From positions 72,044,001-72,108,000 of the forward strand of contig OZ024744.1 of assembly GCA_964016885.1 (NCBI GenBank): a DNA stretch of 64,000 nt, read 5' to 3'. The notes beneath the pieces are model-generated. The model saw nothing but the letters and a program-made list of their open reading frames with translations, had not been told where the DNA came from and searched no databases. The position numbers and the translations under genes were made by a program. The DNA comes from Eledone cirrhosa (taxonomy: Eukaryota). This document shows positions 27,590-38,763 of the stretch, in pieces. The first letter of the stretch is position 1; each line of letters opens with the position of its first letter.

Positions 27590-28548
27590 TGGGACAGCAA
27601 GCAGCAAACAGCCACAGGAAACAAGTACCACCAATCTCTGGGAGGGCTCTGTAGAAACAGTAGACTTCTTCTGCTACCTAGGTGACCGAATTAGCAGCGG
27701 AGGTGGGTGTTCAGAAAGTACATTAACTAGGGTAAGAACGGAATGGAAGAAGTTTAGGGAACTACAACCACTGCTAACTGCAAAAGGCTTCTCCCTCAAG
27801 ATGAAAGGCAGACTGTATGATGCGTGTATCCGAACAGCGATATTGCATGGTAGTGAGACCTGGGCGCTGAAGGTGGAAGACTTACGTAGATTAGAAAGAA
27901 ACGAAGCCTGCATGCTCCGATGGATGTGTAATAGTAATATACGCGAACGACAAAGCATAAATGAATTGAGAGAGAGACTGAGCATAAGAGGAATCAAATG
28001 CTGTGTGCAGGAGAGACGGTTGCGTTAGTATGGACATGTGATGCGTATGAAGGATGGCAGCTGCATAAAAAGGTGCAGAGCACTAGAAGTCGATGGAAAC
28101 CGCGGAGTGGGGAGACCCAAGGTGACCTGGAATGAGGTGATAAAAGCCGACCTTACCCAATTACACCTCTCAAAGGCGATGACACACGACCGTAACCTCT
28201 GGCGTCACGCAGTAATACAGAGTACCCGACCTCCCATGGGTACAAGCTGAAGCATATAGACAATATGCCCCCACACACCCCACTGCAAGGTGGTCGTATG
28301 GTGCCACGGCAAAAAAGCACTCAGCCCACACTGTAAAGTGGACGTGTAGGCGCCACGATAAAGCACCCAATACTCACTGTAAATGAGGTTGGTGTTAGGA
28401 AGGGCATCCAGCTGTAGAAATCAAGCCAAATCAGTTCCTGTATGAACAAGGCATGGTCAGCCGATCAGACACTGCCCACAACAGGAAAACCCGTCTAACC
28501 CATGCTAGCGTGGTAAAACGGCGATGATGATGATGATGATGATGATGA

Positions 28549-28552
<4 letters not shown>
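27590..28552 (+). mobile_element. RTE-clade LINE 3' fragment, inverted relative to the adjacent copy
   Basis: Near-identical reverse complement of 25773-26741 with its own (GAT)n tail. Confidence 0.9.
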
Positions 28553-28586
<34 letters not shown>

Positions 28587-28587
<1 letters not shown>

Positions 28588-30120
28588 GATAAATCTAACA
28601 GAATATACGGTAGTGTGCAATGCGTATGAAGAACTCAATGTATTCCAAATATCATGAAAAGAGAAGATGTATGTTATCTTTAATTTGTAGATTAAATGGA
28701 GCATTATACCAAGTATACAAATTAAAGATAATATACCTAAAAAATGTGTTACTATCCTAGAGAAAAACTTCCCGCCAAACAATAAATACAATCAAATTTT
28801 AAATAGATCAACGGTCAAATTCCCCTACTCAACAACCAAAAAAATACAACAAAATATAAGTGCCTACAATGCATATAAATGTAAAAAAAAACATGAATAT
28901 ACCACCAACATATCAAACTAACCATAATACTAAAATAAACTACAGCAAACCACCATCTCATTCACATACAACAAGTCGAGAAAATTCCACACCTAATTTG
29001 ACTAACTCCCCTGATATAACATTCACGAAAGGTTGTAACTGTAGAAACAAAGCAAATTGTCCATTAAAAGGAAATTGCCTTATTAATAACATAGTATATA
29101 AATGTAAAATTAGCACTAAGGACTCAACTTATTCATATATAGGAGCTACTTCTAACCAATTTAAAGTAAGATTTAATACCCACAAACACAGTTTTAAAAA
29201 TGCCGCATTAGCTAATACAACATCCTTAGCTGAAATAATTAATAATTATAGAAAAAAGAATATCGATTATAACTTGACCTGGATTGTGCTCAAAAGGGCC
29301 ACCCCTTATCAAAATAATAGATATGAATGTAGATTATGTTCCCAGGAACTTTTTGAAATAATGAAATCTAAGGATATCCTATTAAATAAGCGACAAGAAT
29401 TAATTATATCATGTAATCATAGAATATGAAAAACTTTCAAATATTATAAACCTAATTAATATACACTTATATTTTACAAATTATTATAATAACATTTTTT
29501 TTTAATTAGTATTCTACTACTAAGAACTGCATAATTTTATTTCCCTTTTACAGCTATCTTTTCCTAAAATTTATACCAATAAGTATACATATAAACTATT
29601 TTAATTTCCTGTTATGAATCTAAATTCCTTACAATCTATATAAGTTTGTTACTTCTCACAAATACATTTATCCCCCCCCCCCCCACCCGCCCCCCATATA
29701 ATTTTTTTCCTTCGTTTTTAACAACATTCTTTAATAACATCTAACTCTTATTTATCATATCTTTATGAATTAATATAAATTTATCCCTATAAATATACCT
29801 ATCAATTAAATTAATTTAATTTCTTTTTATAGATCTATATTCCTTATGTTTTAAATAAGATTGATATTTTTCACTAACACATTTATAGTAAACTTTTATT
29901 CTCCTTAGATTTCTACAAGGAAAGTTTATACTTTCGGACGTTCAATCATCTAGCAGGAAGGTATACGTTGCTGATGATAGCTAATAAGCTTGAAACTAGT
30001 ACAGCGTTCCTTTTTCAGTGTTGAACAAACGAGCAACGGTGGTTGCTAGACACTACGGCTTAATACGGGATGTTTGTTTACAAACACACCGAGCATTATA
30101 ATAAATGTTCGGTGAATCCA
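28587..30120 (+). mobile_element. Naiad-like PLE, 5'-truncated (thumb, GIY-YIG, 3' UTR/pLTR)
   Basis: GCNCRNKANCPLKGNC..IVYKC..YIGAT..FKVRF..H..CRLC..E..LLNKRQE; HHR at 29966. Confidence 0.85.
29966..30006 (+). ncRNA. Minimal hammerhead ribozyme motif (family D)
   Basis: CGUUG-CUGAUGA-UAGCU-AAUA-AGCUU-GAA-ACUAGU-A-CAGCG, with palindromic stem III. Confidence 0.85.
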
Positions 30121-30319
30121 TACGTACATATATATATGTGTGCATGTATGTATATATAAATACTACTGTACGTCTGTATACATATGTGTATGTACGTATA
30201 CATACTTATACTTAAGTAACAGCCGTACTAAGAGTGGGAAATGAAATTTCGTTTCATTTTTTCCGTTTATATATATATATATATATATATAAACGGAAAA
30301 AAAAAAAAATATATATATT

Positions 30320-30697
30320 TAAAAGTTAAACAAGGTTCAATGAATACATCAAAGAATGAGTTTTACAATAGATTGGAAGCACTCAACATTTAAAGGTTTT
30401 CCAGAATTATTAATATTAATTCAAAATATTAACAAAATAGATATTCTTGTGATCAAGTATATTTTATTATACATATTTTAGAAGTACCTAGTTAAGTTGA
30501 ACAGTACGTCCTCATCAGATAAAATAAGATGATGCATGACAGACCCTGACATAGTAGATGGTTAAGATTCAGTCATGGTGCTACCACGACTAAATCTGAT
30601 GAGGACGTACTGTTGAACTTAACTCAGTACCTCCGAAATATGTATAATAAAATATACTTGATCACAAGAATATCTATTTTGTTAATATTTTGAATTA

Positions 30698-30700
<3 letters not shown>
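30320..30700. repeat. Asymmetric palindrome, HHR family C
   Basis: 30413-30520 is inverted to 30594-30700; the left arm is about 95 nt longer; CUGAUGA...GAAA core at 30596-30646. Confidence 0.8.
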
Positions 30701-30731
<31 letters not shown>

Positions 30732-30735
30732 GGGG

Positions 30736-30777
<42 letters not shown>

Positions 30778-30907
30778 TCTATATAGAGAAGTCTAATCTA
30801 AATCTGTTTCTTTTGTATGAAGCAGTTCTAGTCCTATATAAACCTCTGTCGTCACTCTACACATGTATTGAGCTCCTTATTTATATTTACTGGGGTTTAC
30901 CCGGACT

Positions 30908-30981
<74 letters not shown>

Positions 30982-30982
<1 letters not shown>

Positions 30983-31140
30983 GTAGGAGGTGAGTTTTAA
31001 TGTAGTACAATAAAGCAATGCAGATATCGGATAAGAAGCACTCTACAGTTTGTAGGACTGGAGTATAAATAATATATAAGATCAAAAGATGGTTAATGGA
31101 ACAAGGAACTCTTTTAACCATCTTTTGATCTTATATATAT
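30982..31140. repeat. Minimal inverted-terminus remnant of the 51.6-55.0 kb PLE family
   Basis: Starts AGGAGGTGAGTTTT..GTAG.ACAAT (as at 37311 and 51636) and ends GGAACTCTTTTAACCATC (as at 37401 and 55000); internal inverted pair. Confidence 0.75.
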
Positions 31141-31156
31141 TATATATATATATATA

Positions 31157-34016
31157 AAAACAAATAACGAAACAAAATTAAATTTTGTTTCATTTGTAAC
31201 TCACTTTTGTATGACTGACGCTTAAACAATTAAGTTAAAGATGTACATCCATATATGTATACTGAAATACTAGTATGTATATGAATACACACACGTATAC
31301 ATATGTAGATGTACCAAGTTTTTTCACTGGTCACTTTACTGTGAGTGGCCAGCTATTCTGTATGTAAACACACAGACAAACCGGTTTTTAGAGTCATACT
31401 GGTTTTTGAGGAAACACCTTTCCTCTATTTCGTTGTTGTAACAACAACGAAACTAGTTCAATATTCCTTGTCTGGCTTTCTGGAGAATAGAGGAAAGGTG
31501 TTTCCTCAAAAACCAGTATGACTCTAAAAACCGGTTTGTCTGTGTGTTTACATACAGAATAGCTGGCCACTCACAGTAAAGTGACCAGTGAAAAAACTTG
31601 GTACATCTACATATGTATACGTGTGTGTATTCATATACATACTAGTATTTCAGTATACATATATGGATGTACATCTTTAACTTAATTGTTTAAGCGTCAG
31701 TCATACAAAAGTGAGTTACAAATGAAACAAAATTTAATTTTGTTTCGTTATTTGTTTTTATCGTCTCCGTTGAACCGGTACTTACTCACACTCTATGCAA
31801 ATTAGTATGCCCACTACTAATTTTCATAGAAAAAGCATATAACGATATGTGCTTTTACGATTCTCTAGAGAGGCCGGAAGATAGGTAAATATTGCTGATG
31901 AGTTGTAACAACAACGAAACTAGTTCAATATTCCTTGTCTGGCTTTCTGGAGAATAGAGGAAAGGTGTTTCCTCAAAAACCAGTATGACTCTAAAAACCG
32001 GTTTGTCTGTGTGTTTACATACAGAATAGCTGGCCACTCACAGTAAAGTGACCAGTGAAAAAACTTGGTACATCTACATATGTATACGTGTGTGTATTCA
32101 TATACATACTAGTATTTCAGTATACATATATGGATGTACATCTTTAACTTAATTGTTTAAGCGTCAGTCATACAAAAGTGAGTTACAAATGAAACAAAAT
32201 TTAATTTTGTTTCGTTATTTGTTTTTATCGTCTCCGTTGAACCGGTACTTACTCACACTCTATGCAAATTAGTATGCCCACTACTAATTTTCATAGAAAA
32301 AGCATATAACGATATGTGCTTTTACGATTCTCTAGAGAGGCCGGAAGATAGGTAAATATTGCTGATGAGTTGTAACAACAACGAAACTAGTTCAATATTC
32401 CTTGTCTGGCTTTCTGGAGAATAGAGGAAAGGTGTTTCCTCAAAAACCAGTATGACTCTAAAAACCGGTTTGTCTGTGTGTTTACATACAGAATAGCTGG
32501 CCACTCACAGTAAAGTGACCAGTGAAAAAACTTGGTACATCTACATATGTATACGTGTGTGTATTCATATACATACTAGTATTTCAGTATACATATATGG
32601 ATGTACATCTTTAACTTAATTGTTTAAGCGTCAGTCATACAAAAGTGAGTTACAAATGAAACAAAATTTAATTTTGTTTCGTTATTTGTTTTTATCGTCT
32701 CCGTTGAACCGGTACTTACTCACACTCTATGCAAATTAGTATGCCCACTACTAATTTTCATAGAAAAAGCATATAACGATATGTGCTTTTACGATTCTCT
32801 AGAGAGGCCGGAAGATAGGTAAATATTGCTGATGAGTTGTAACAACAACGAAACTAGTTCAATATTCCTTGTCTGGCTTTCTGGAGAATAGAGGAAAGGT
32901 GTTTCCTCAAAAACCAGTATGACTCTAAAAACCGGTTTGTCTGTGTGTTTACATACAGAATAGCTGGCCACTCACAGTAAAGTGACCAGTGAAAAAACTT
33001 GGTACATCTACATATGTATACGTGTGTGTATTCATATACATACTAGTATTTCAGTATACATATATGGATGTACATCTTTAACTTAATTGTTTAAGCGTCA
33101 GTCATACAAAAGTGAGTTACAAATGAAACAAAATTTAATTTTGTTTCGTTATTTGTTTTTATCGTCTCCGTTGAACCGGTACTTACTCACACTCTATGCA
33201 AATTAGTATGCCCACTACTAATTTTCATAGAAAAAGCATATAACGATATGTGCTTTTACGATTCTCTAGAGAGGCCGGAAGATAGGTAAATATTGCTGAT
33301 GAGTTGTAACAACAACGAAACTAGTTCAATATTCCTTGTCTGGCTTTCTGGAGAATAGAGGAAAGGTGTTTCCTCAAAAACCAGTATGACTCTAAAAACC
33401 GGTTTGTCTGTGTGTTTACATACAGAATAGCTGGCCACTCACAGTAAAGTGACCAGTGAAAAAACTTGGTACATCTACATATGTATACGTGTGTGTATTC
33501 ATATACATACTAGTATTTCAGTATACATATATGGATGTACATCTTTAACTTAATTGTTTAAGCGTCAGTCATACAAAAGTGAGTTACAAATGAAACAAAA
33601 TTTAATTTTGTTTCGTTATTTGTTTTTATCGTCTCCGTTGAACCGGTACTTACTCACACTCTATGCAAATTAGTATGCCCACTACTAATTTTCATAGAAA
33701 AAGCATATAACGATATGTGCTTTTACGATTCTCTAGAGAGGCCGGAAGATAGGTAAATATTGCTGATGAGTTGTAACAACAACGAAACTAGTTCAATATT
33801 CCTTGTCTGGCTTTCTGGAGAATAGAGGAAAGGTGTTTCCTCAAAAACCAGTATGACTCTAAAAACCGGTTTGTCTGTGTGTTTACATACAGAATAGCTG
33901 GCCACTCACAGTAAAGTGACCAGTGAAAAAACTTGGTACATCTACATATGTATACGTGTGTGTATTCATATACATACTAGTATTTCAGTATACATATATG
34001 GATGTACATCTTTAAC

Positions 34017-34021
<5 letters not shown>
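31157..34021 (+). repeat. Tandem array of about 5.5 copies of a 467-bp HHR-containing unit, preceded by an inverted partial copy (retrozyme-like)
   Basis: Period 467 (identical 60-aa spurious ORF every 467 nt); array 31435-34021; inverted arm 31157-31429; (TA)n on both sides. Confidence 0.95.
31888..31932 (+). ncRNA. Hammerhead ribozyme motif (family E); copies at 32355, 32822, 33289 and 33756
   Basis: AAUAUUG-CUGAUGA-GUUG-UAACAA-CAAC-GAA-ACUAGU-U-CAAUAUU; 7-bp stem I; predicted cleavage after 31925. Confidence 0.9.
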
Positions 34022-34088
<67 letters not shown>

Positions 34089-34091
<3 letters not shown>

Positions 34092-34349
34092 GTTCTCGAC
34101 CGTTATATCGCGTGACTATCTCCCCCTCCGCCTTTTGGGATTCTTTCTCACGTCGTGTAGACGCGTTCTTGAGACTAGTAAAATGAGGTATCCTCTTGAT
34201 AAGTCGGCAGACCTCGCAAGGACTCTATATCTTTATGATATATTGTTTTTGTTTATGCCACGAAACTACGTAGTCGAGGAATTTAGGAGCAGTTTAGGTA
34301 TGATACATTTTATTACTAATTATATCTAAATGTTTCTTCTCTCTTCATA

Positions 34350-34352
<3 letters not shown>
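34089..34352 (+). repeat. Solo partial copy of the 593-bp family with variant HHR (34191-34280)
   Basis: Near-identical to 61920-62186; flanked by (TA)n. Confidence 0.85.
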
Positions 34353-34427
<75 letters not shown>

Positions 34428-34521
34428 TGTTTAATTGGTATTTTGTGTGGTTGATTATGCTGTTTGGGAGAGTAGATAGTGTATATATTTTATCAAATGA
34501 TTCTATGGACATACTTTATTG

Positions 34522-34554
<33 letters not shown>

Positions 34555-34563
34555 ATGTGTGTA

Positions 34564-34770
34564 TGTAAAAGGTAAACAGAAATAACACAATCGGTACAGT
34601 ATATGAAAGGAATATATTAGTTTAACACTTAGAATAGCAGGAAGAGGGTGTTATCTTATCGGACGCTAGTCCTTCATCAGAAGATAGAACGAAAAATAAA
34701 ATAGATTGAGGGGGGGGGGGGGAAATGTCTTTAGATAAAAATAACAGGTACATTCATGTTGACATCTCTT
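34564..34770 (-). repeat. Short HHR-bearing dispersed repeat (family J), degenerate core
   Basis: Reverse complement of 56535-56750; a deleted copy lies at about 47730-47845. Confidence 0.65.
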
Positions 34771-34938
34771 GCAAAACTGCCGGTGCTGGCGTTTTGTGTA
34801 TGATTTGTCTTTTAGAAAAGTAGATGATGGAGCGCGTCTACCTGAAATGGAAAAAAACTGTTTTGTATAAAGAGCTATACTTGTGCGTATGTGTGAGACA
34901 TAGTTTCATATTATTAAGACAGACACACACACACAAAA

Positions 34939-35082
<144 letters not shown>

Positions 35083-35548
35083 ATGTGTATCAGTGTGTGT
35101 GTGTGTGTGTGTGTATCAGTGTGTGTGTGTGTGTGTGTGTGTGTGTCTTAATAATATGAAACTATGTCTCACACATATGCATAATATACGAGTATTGTGC
35201 ATATACTCGAATTATTAACACAATGTTATTCTCCATGATAGGTGGCTGGCGGTCTGTTGAATGTTCATATAAGATGCTCTAATTGCTTCTTTCAGCGTGT
35301 AACATCATCTGTTGTTCTAGATCACCCACAACATCTGCCACATAACTAATACTCCGGTAGCTATAGGGTTTAGTTCTGAGTAACTAGGTCTCTTTCTATG
35401 CCGTCTATCGAGATCGACTGGGCAGATAAAAAAAAGAAAAATTTATGGTCTGTGTAGCTCAGGAAATTGCAGGCTTTAGCATTAGCACTTGCTGTTGACA
35501 TAAAAAAATATTCTGTCTGAATGTCGTTCTCTGTCTGTCTGTTTGTCC

Positions 35549-35590
<42 letters not shown>

Positions 35591-36434
35591 CTGTCTGCCC
35601 CCCCCCCCTCTCTCTCTTTCTATCTCTCTGTCACTCAGCAACCACGGGTGATCACTTCATTACAAATATACATTTTTTACCACTGAAACCATACCTCATT
35701 GAATAAGTAATTGTGAGCAAACGGGACTATAGCTAATAGATTCCCCATAACCTCGGTACTTAGACTATATATAATGCAGACCAAGCAGCCACATTGTAAC
35801 AGCCACATCAGCAAGTGCTGGAGGACCTCCACGAACATAATCGGATAAATGGAAACATTTAGGTGCCAAACTAAATGCTTTACATTCCCCTGAATCTGGA
35901 AGCTTCTGCTGAAGATAGAATGAGTATTCCAGTGGCTCTGAACCCCTCTTTGTAGCAAAGTTTTCTCCATCTCCCTAAATCTAAAATTCCTGCTAGGGAT
36001 GGAGCTAATATTTCAATAACTCTAAATCGTCTTTGTGGCAAAAAAACAAAACAGGTCAATGTTGATTTCCTCTAAGAAAAAATACCAAGATAGATATTTT
36101 TAGAACCCTCCCCACCCCCTGGTCAACTGTAAGGTCACCCAGCCTTTCAAACCAATCCCAGCCAAACCTTATACCCACTATTCAAAGGGTTCCACATAGC
36201 AGTCTGCAGCAACAACAACCATCCCCTACCTCCTCCCCCTCCTTCTTCTCCTCTCCTGCTTCTACCCTCTCCAATCACAATAAAGCCATTAGCAGAGAAG
36301 GATGGACAGACAAAATGACTTTCTTCTCTGAAGGACAACGTATGTGAAAATTAACTTGTCTACAGAAAATATATTTTTCCTTTCTACTATTTTTTTTTAT
36401 TTTTTATATCAACTCGTGTGCTACCTTTCTCCAT

Positions 36435-36538
<104 letters not shown>

Positions 36539-36609
36539 TACTCGAAACATAACGACCCATGTATCTGCGCGAAATCACAATTTAGCTTTCATATATATAT
36601 ATAGAGAGA

Positions 36610-36795
36610 GAGCGGATAAAATTCCCTAGATCCATGGGCGAATTCTCTCCAGCCATCTATGATCTTCATAATCACCGGTATGTCCTGCGTCTCCCAGTGA
36701 CCAGTATCTGGATTTAGGGCATCAACATATGTCATTCTTGCTCTCCCTCTTCCAGTGTATCCGTGTAGGGGCTCCCACGGGACCAATGAGATATG
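36610..36795 (-). pseudogene. RTE-like LINE extreme 3' fragment
   Basis: WEPLHGYTGRGRARMTYVDAL..DTG...WR matches the RTE C-terminal pattern. Confidence 0.55.
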
Positions 36796-37307
36796 CATGT
36801 ATGCAATGACTTAAAGTTAACGGCTTCAATGCAAGTTTTGACTATGAACATCTTGGGTATAATCTAATATTACTGGTAAAAAAAAGATAATTTAAGTATA
36901 TTGGCCCAACTTAGATTATTTTTTCATAGCAAAAATCTGTTAAGCTTAAGCCAACATATTTTCAAAAATATATATTTGCTCAACGTTTCTAAAAAATAGA
37001 TTGTTTACAGATACAAACACACTCACATCCCGACTATATATATATATATATATATAAAGTATGTCCATAGAATCATTTGATAAAGTATATACACCATTTC
37101 CTCTCCCAATCAGCATAATCAACCACACAAAAAAACAATTAAACCAGTCTATAAGATTAAAAGATACCTATGAAGAAATAATAGATAAATAAACGACAGC
37201 TATCTATTCGCGATCAACAGCCATAGAATATTTACCCACCATTTCCAATAGTACGTGGGAATCGATTAAATATATCGACAATAAATATATCGTCAAATAT
37301 ATATATA

Positions 37308-37427
37308 TGTAGGAGGTGAGTTGTATTGTAGCACAATAAAGCAATGCAAATATCATCCCATGATGATATTTGTTTTTGAGATGCGCATAATAAAATACAT
37401 GGAACTCTTTTAACCATCTTTTTATTT

Positions 37428-37432
<5 letters not shown>
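37308..37432. repeat. Minimal two-ended remnant of the 51.6-55.0 kb PLE family
   Basis: The inverted-arm terminus is joined directly to the stem II/III half of HHR family I and the 3' end. Confidence 0.75.
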
Positions 37433-37475
<43 letters not shown>

Positions 37476-38204
37476 AGGCATACATACATGCCCACACATA
37501 TCTTGTGGCTACCACTCACCAACCATTATTTTCTCTTCCACTCTACACACGGACACAATACACTTCTGACTTACCAAACCTGAATACGAAAATACGTCTC
37601 GGAACTTACTAGATACGAAAACCCACCCCACCACTTCCTTTTACACACACACACATGCATGCACCGTACAAAACGCACCAATAATCATACATCCCTGCTA
37701 AACACACATACATACACACGCACGCAAACATGCACAAGTGTGTACACAGTGATATGGGTTTATGTATATTTACACATATACATGTGTGTCATTCTGGGAT
37801 ATTCATGCGGGTACGCGTTCGGACGCATATGTACACACATTCACACATACCACTTCCGCTAATAACACGCTTAACACCCACACACGGGCGAATCATAATA
37901 TGCACACAAACTACACGTTTGTACCCATCACCTCGACGCCAACACCTAAACGCCGGTCCACTCATCCACACATTCCTGCTCCTCATTCTCTACATTCTTC
38001 TTATTTTCGTTCTAGTTTTATTAAACTTTTTAATTTTTTATTCCCTTTGCGCTTTTCCTTTTCTGTTTTTTCTGATGAAGGCAAATGCCGGATACGTTGA
38101 TTGTGTAACTCTCGTTCTTTTAAGCGTGAAACTTATACGACCTTATGTTAATCCAATCTCTTGTTTGTTCGTTTCTTGTTTTCTTGATATATATATATAT
38201 AGAT

Positions 38205-38392
38205 ATAATCAAGGGAATGCAAACACAGAAAAATCCTAAAATAAATTTTAAAAAATTCACTGTACTTACTATATGTGCCCTTACCGCGGTTTCAAATCCC
38301 AAACGAATCGATAATCCAAGCGGATTACCATTGAAAAAGAGATTATCGTCAGAAGGCATTTATCTCTCGGAGAATATAAAATTCCCGAATAA
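38205..38392 (-). repeat. Second copy of the HHR family A repeat (HHR 38277-38357)
   Basis: Homologous to 4090-4272; stem I GCCUU/AGGGC. Confidence 0.75.
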
Positions 38393-38412
38393 CTGGCGCC
38401 ATTCCAAACTGC

Positions 38413-38468
<56 letters not shown>

Positions 38469-38631
38469 GCACAGAAGTATCCACGGTTAGTTGTGGGGTC
38501 TAGTCTGCATGAAGAACTCAATGTAATCCATATGTTGAAAATGTTGTAGGTTAAAATAAATCCCGGAAAACAATAAAACATCAAAAGGAAAACAGAGTCA
38601 TGATATATGTTAAAACAATGAAATAAAAATT

Positions 38632-38763
38632 TTCATTGCTTTTGACAACGGCTGACGATATACACGTAGGTAAATATATTCCTTATTTGATATTTTGTAA
38701 CTAACCTTAGATAGATCGATACGAAATATGCGTATCACATAGAAACGATCGTAAAGCAGTGAA
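38632..38763 (+). ncRNA. Variant hammerhead (U3-A8 core, long stem II), family G; copy at 42676-42821
   Basis: UUCAUUGCUU-UUGACAA...GAA-ACGAUCGU-A-AAGCAGUGAA; 10-bp stem I and palindromic stem III. Confidence 0.6.

Noticed and set aside
31435-34021. Repeated 60-aa ORF (MASYSVCK...) or a CRISPR-like array
   Set aside because: Units are identical with no variable spacers, the context is eukaryotic, and the ORF is an antisense by-product of the repeat with a GTG start.
35677-36338. Possible host exons (ORFs 35677..35970 and 36147..36338)
   Set aside because: No recognisable domain or supported splice structure; cannot be called without homology or RNA data.
38070-38102. CUGAUGA-AGGC-AAAU-GCC-GGAUACGUU
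   Set aside because: GAAA core is broken; at most a dead HHR relic.
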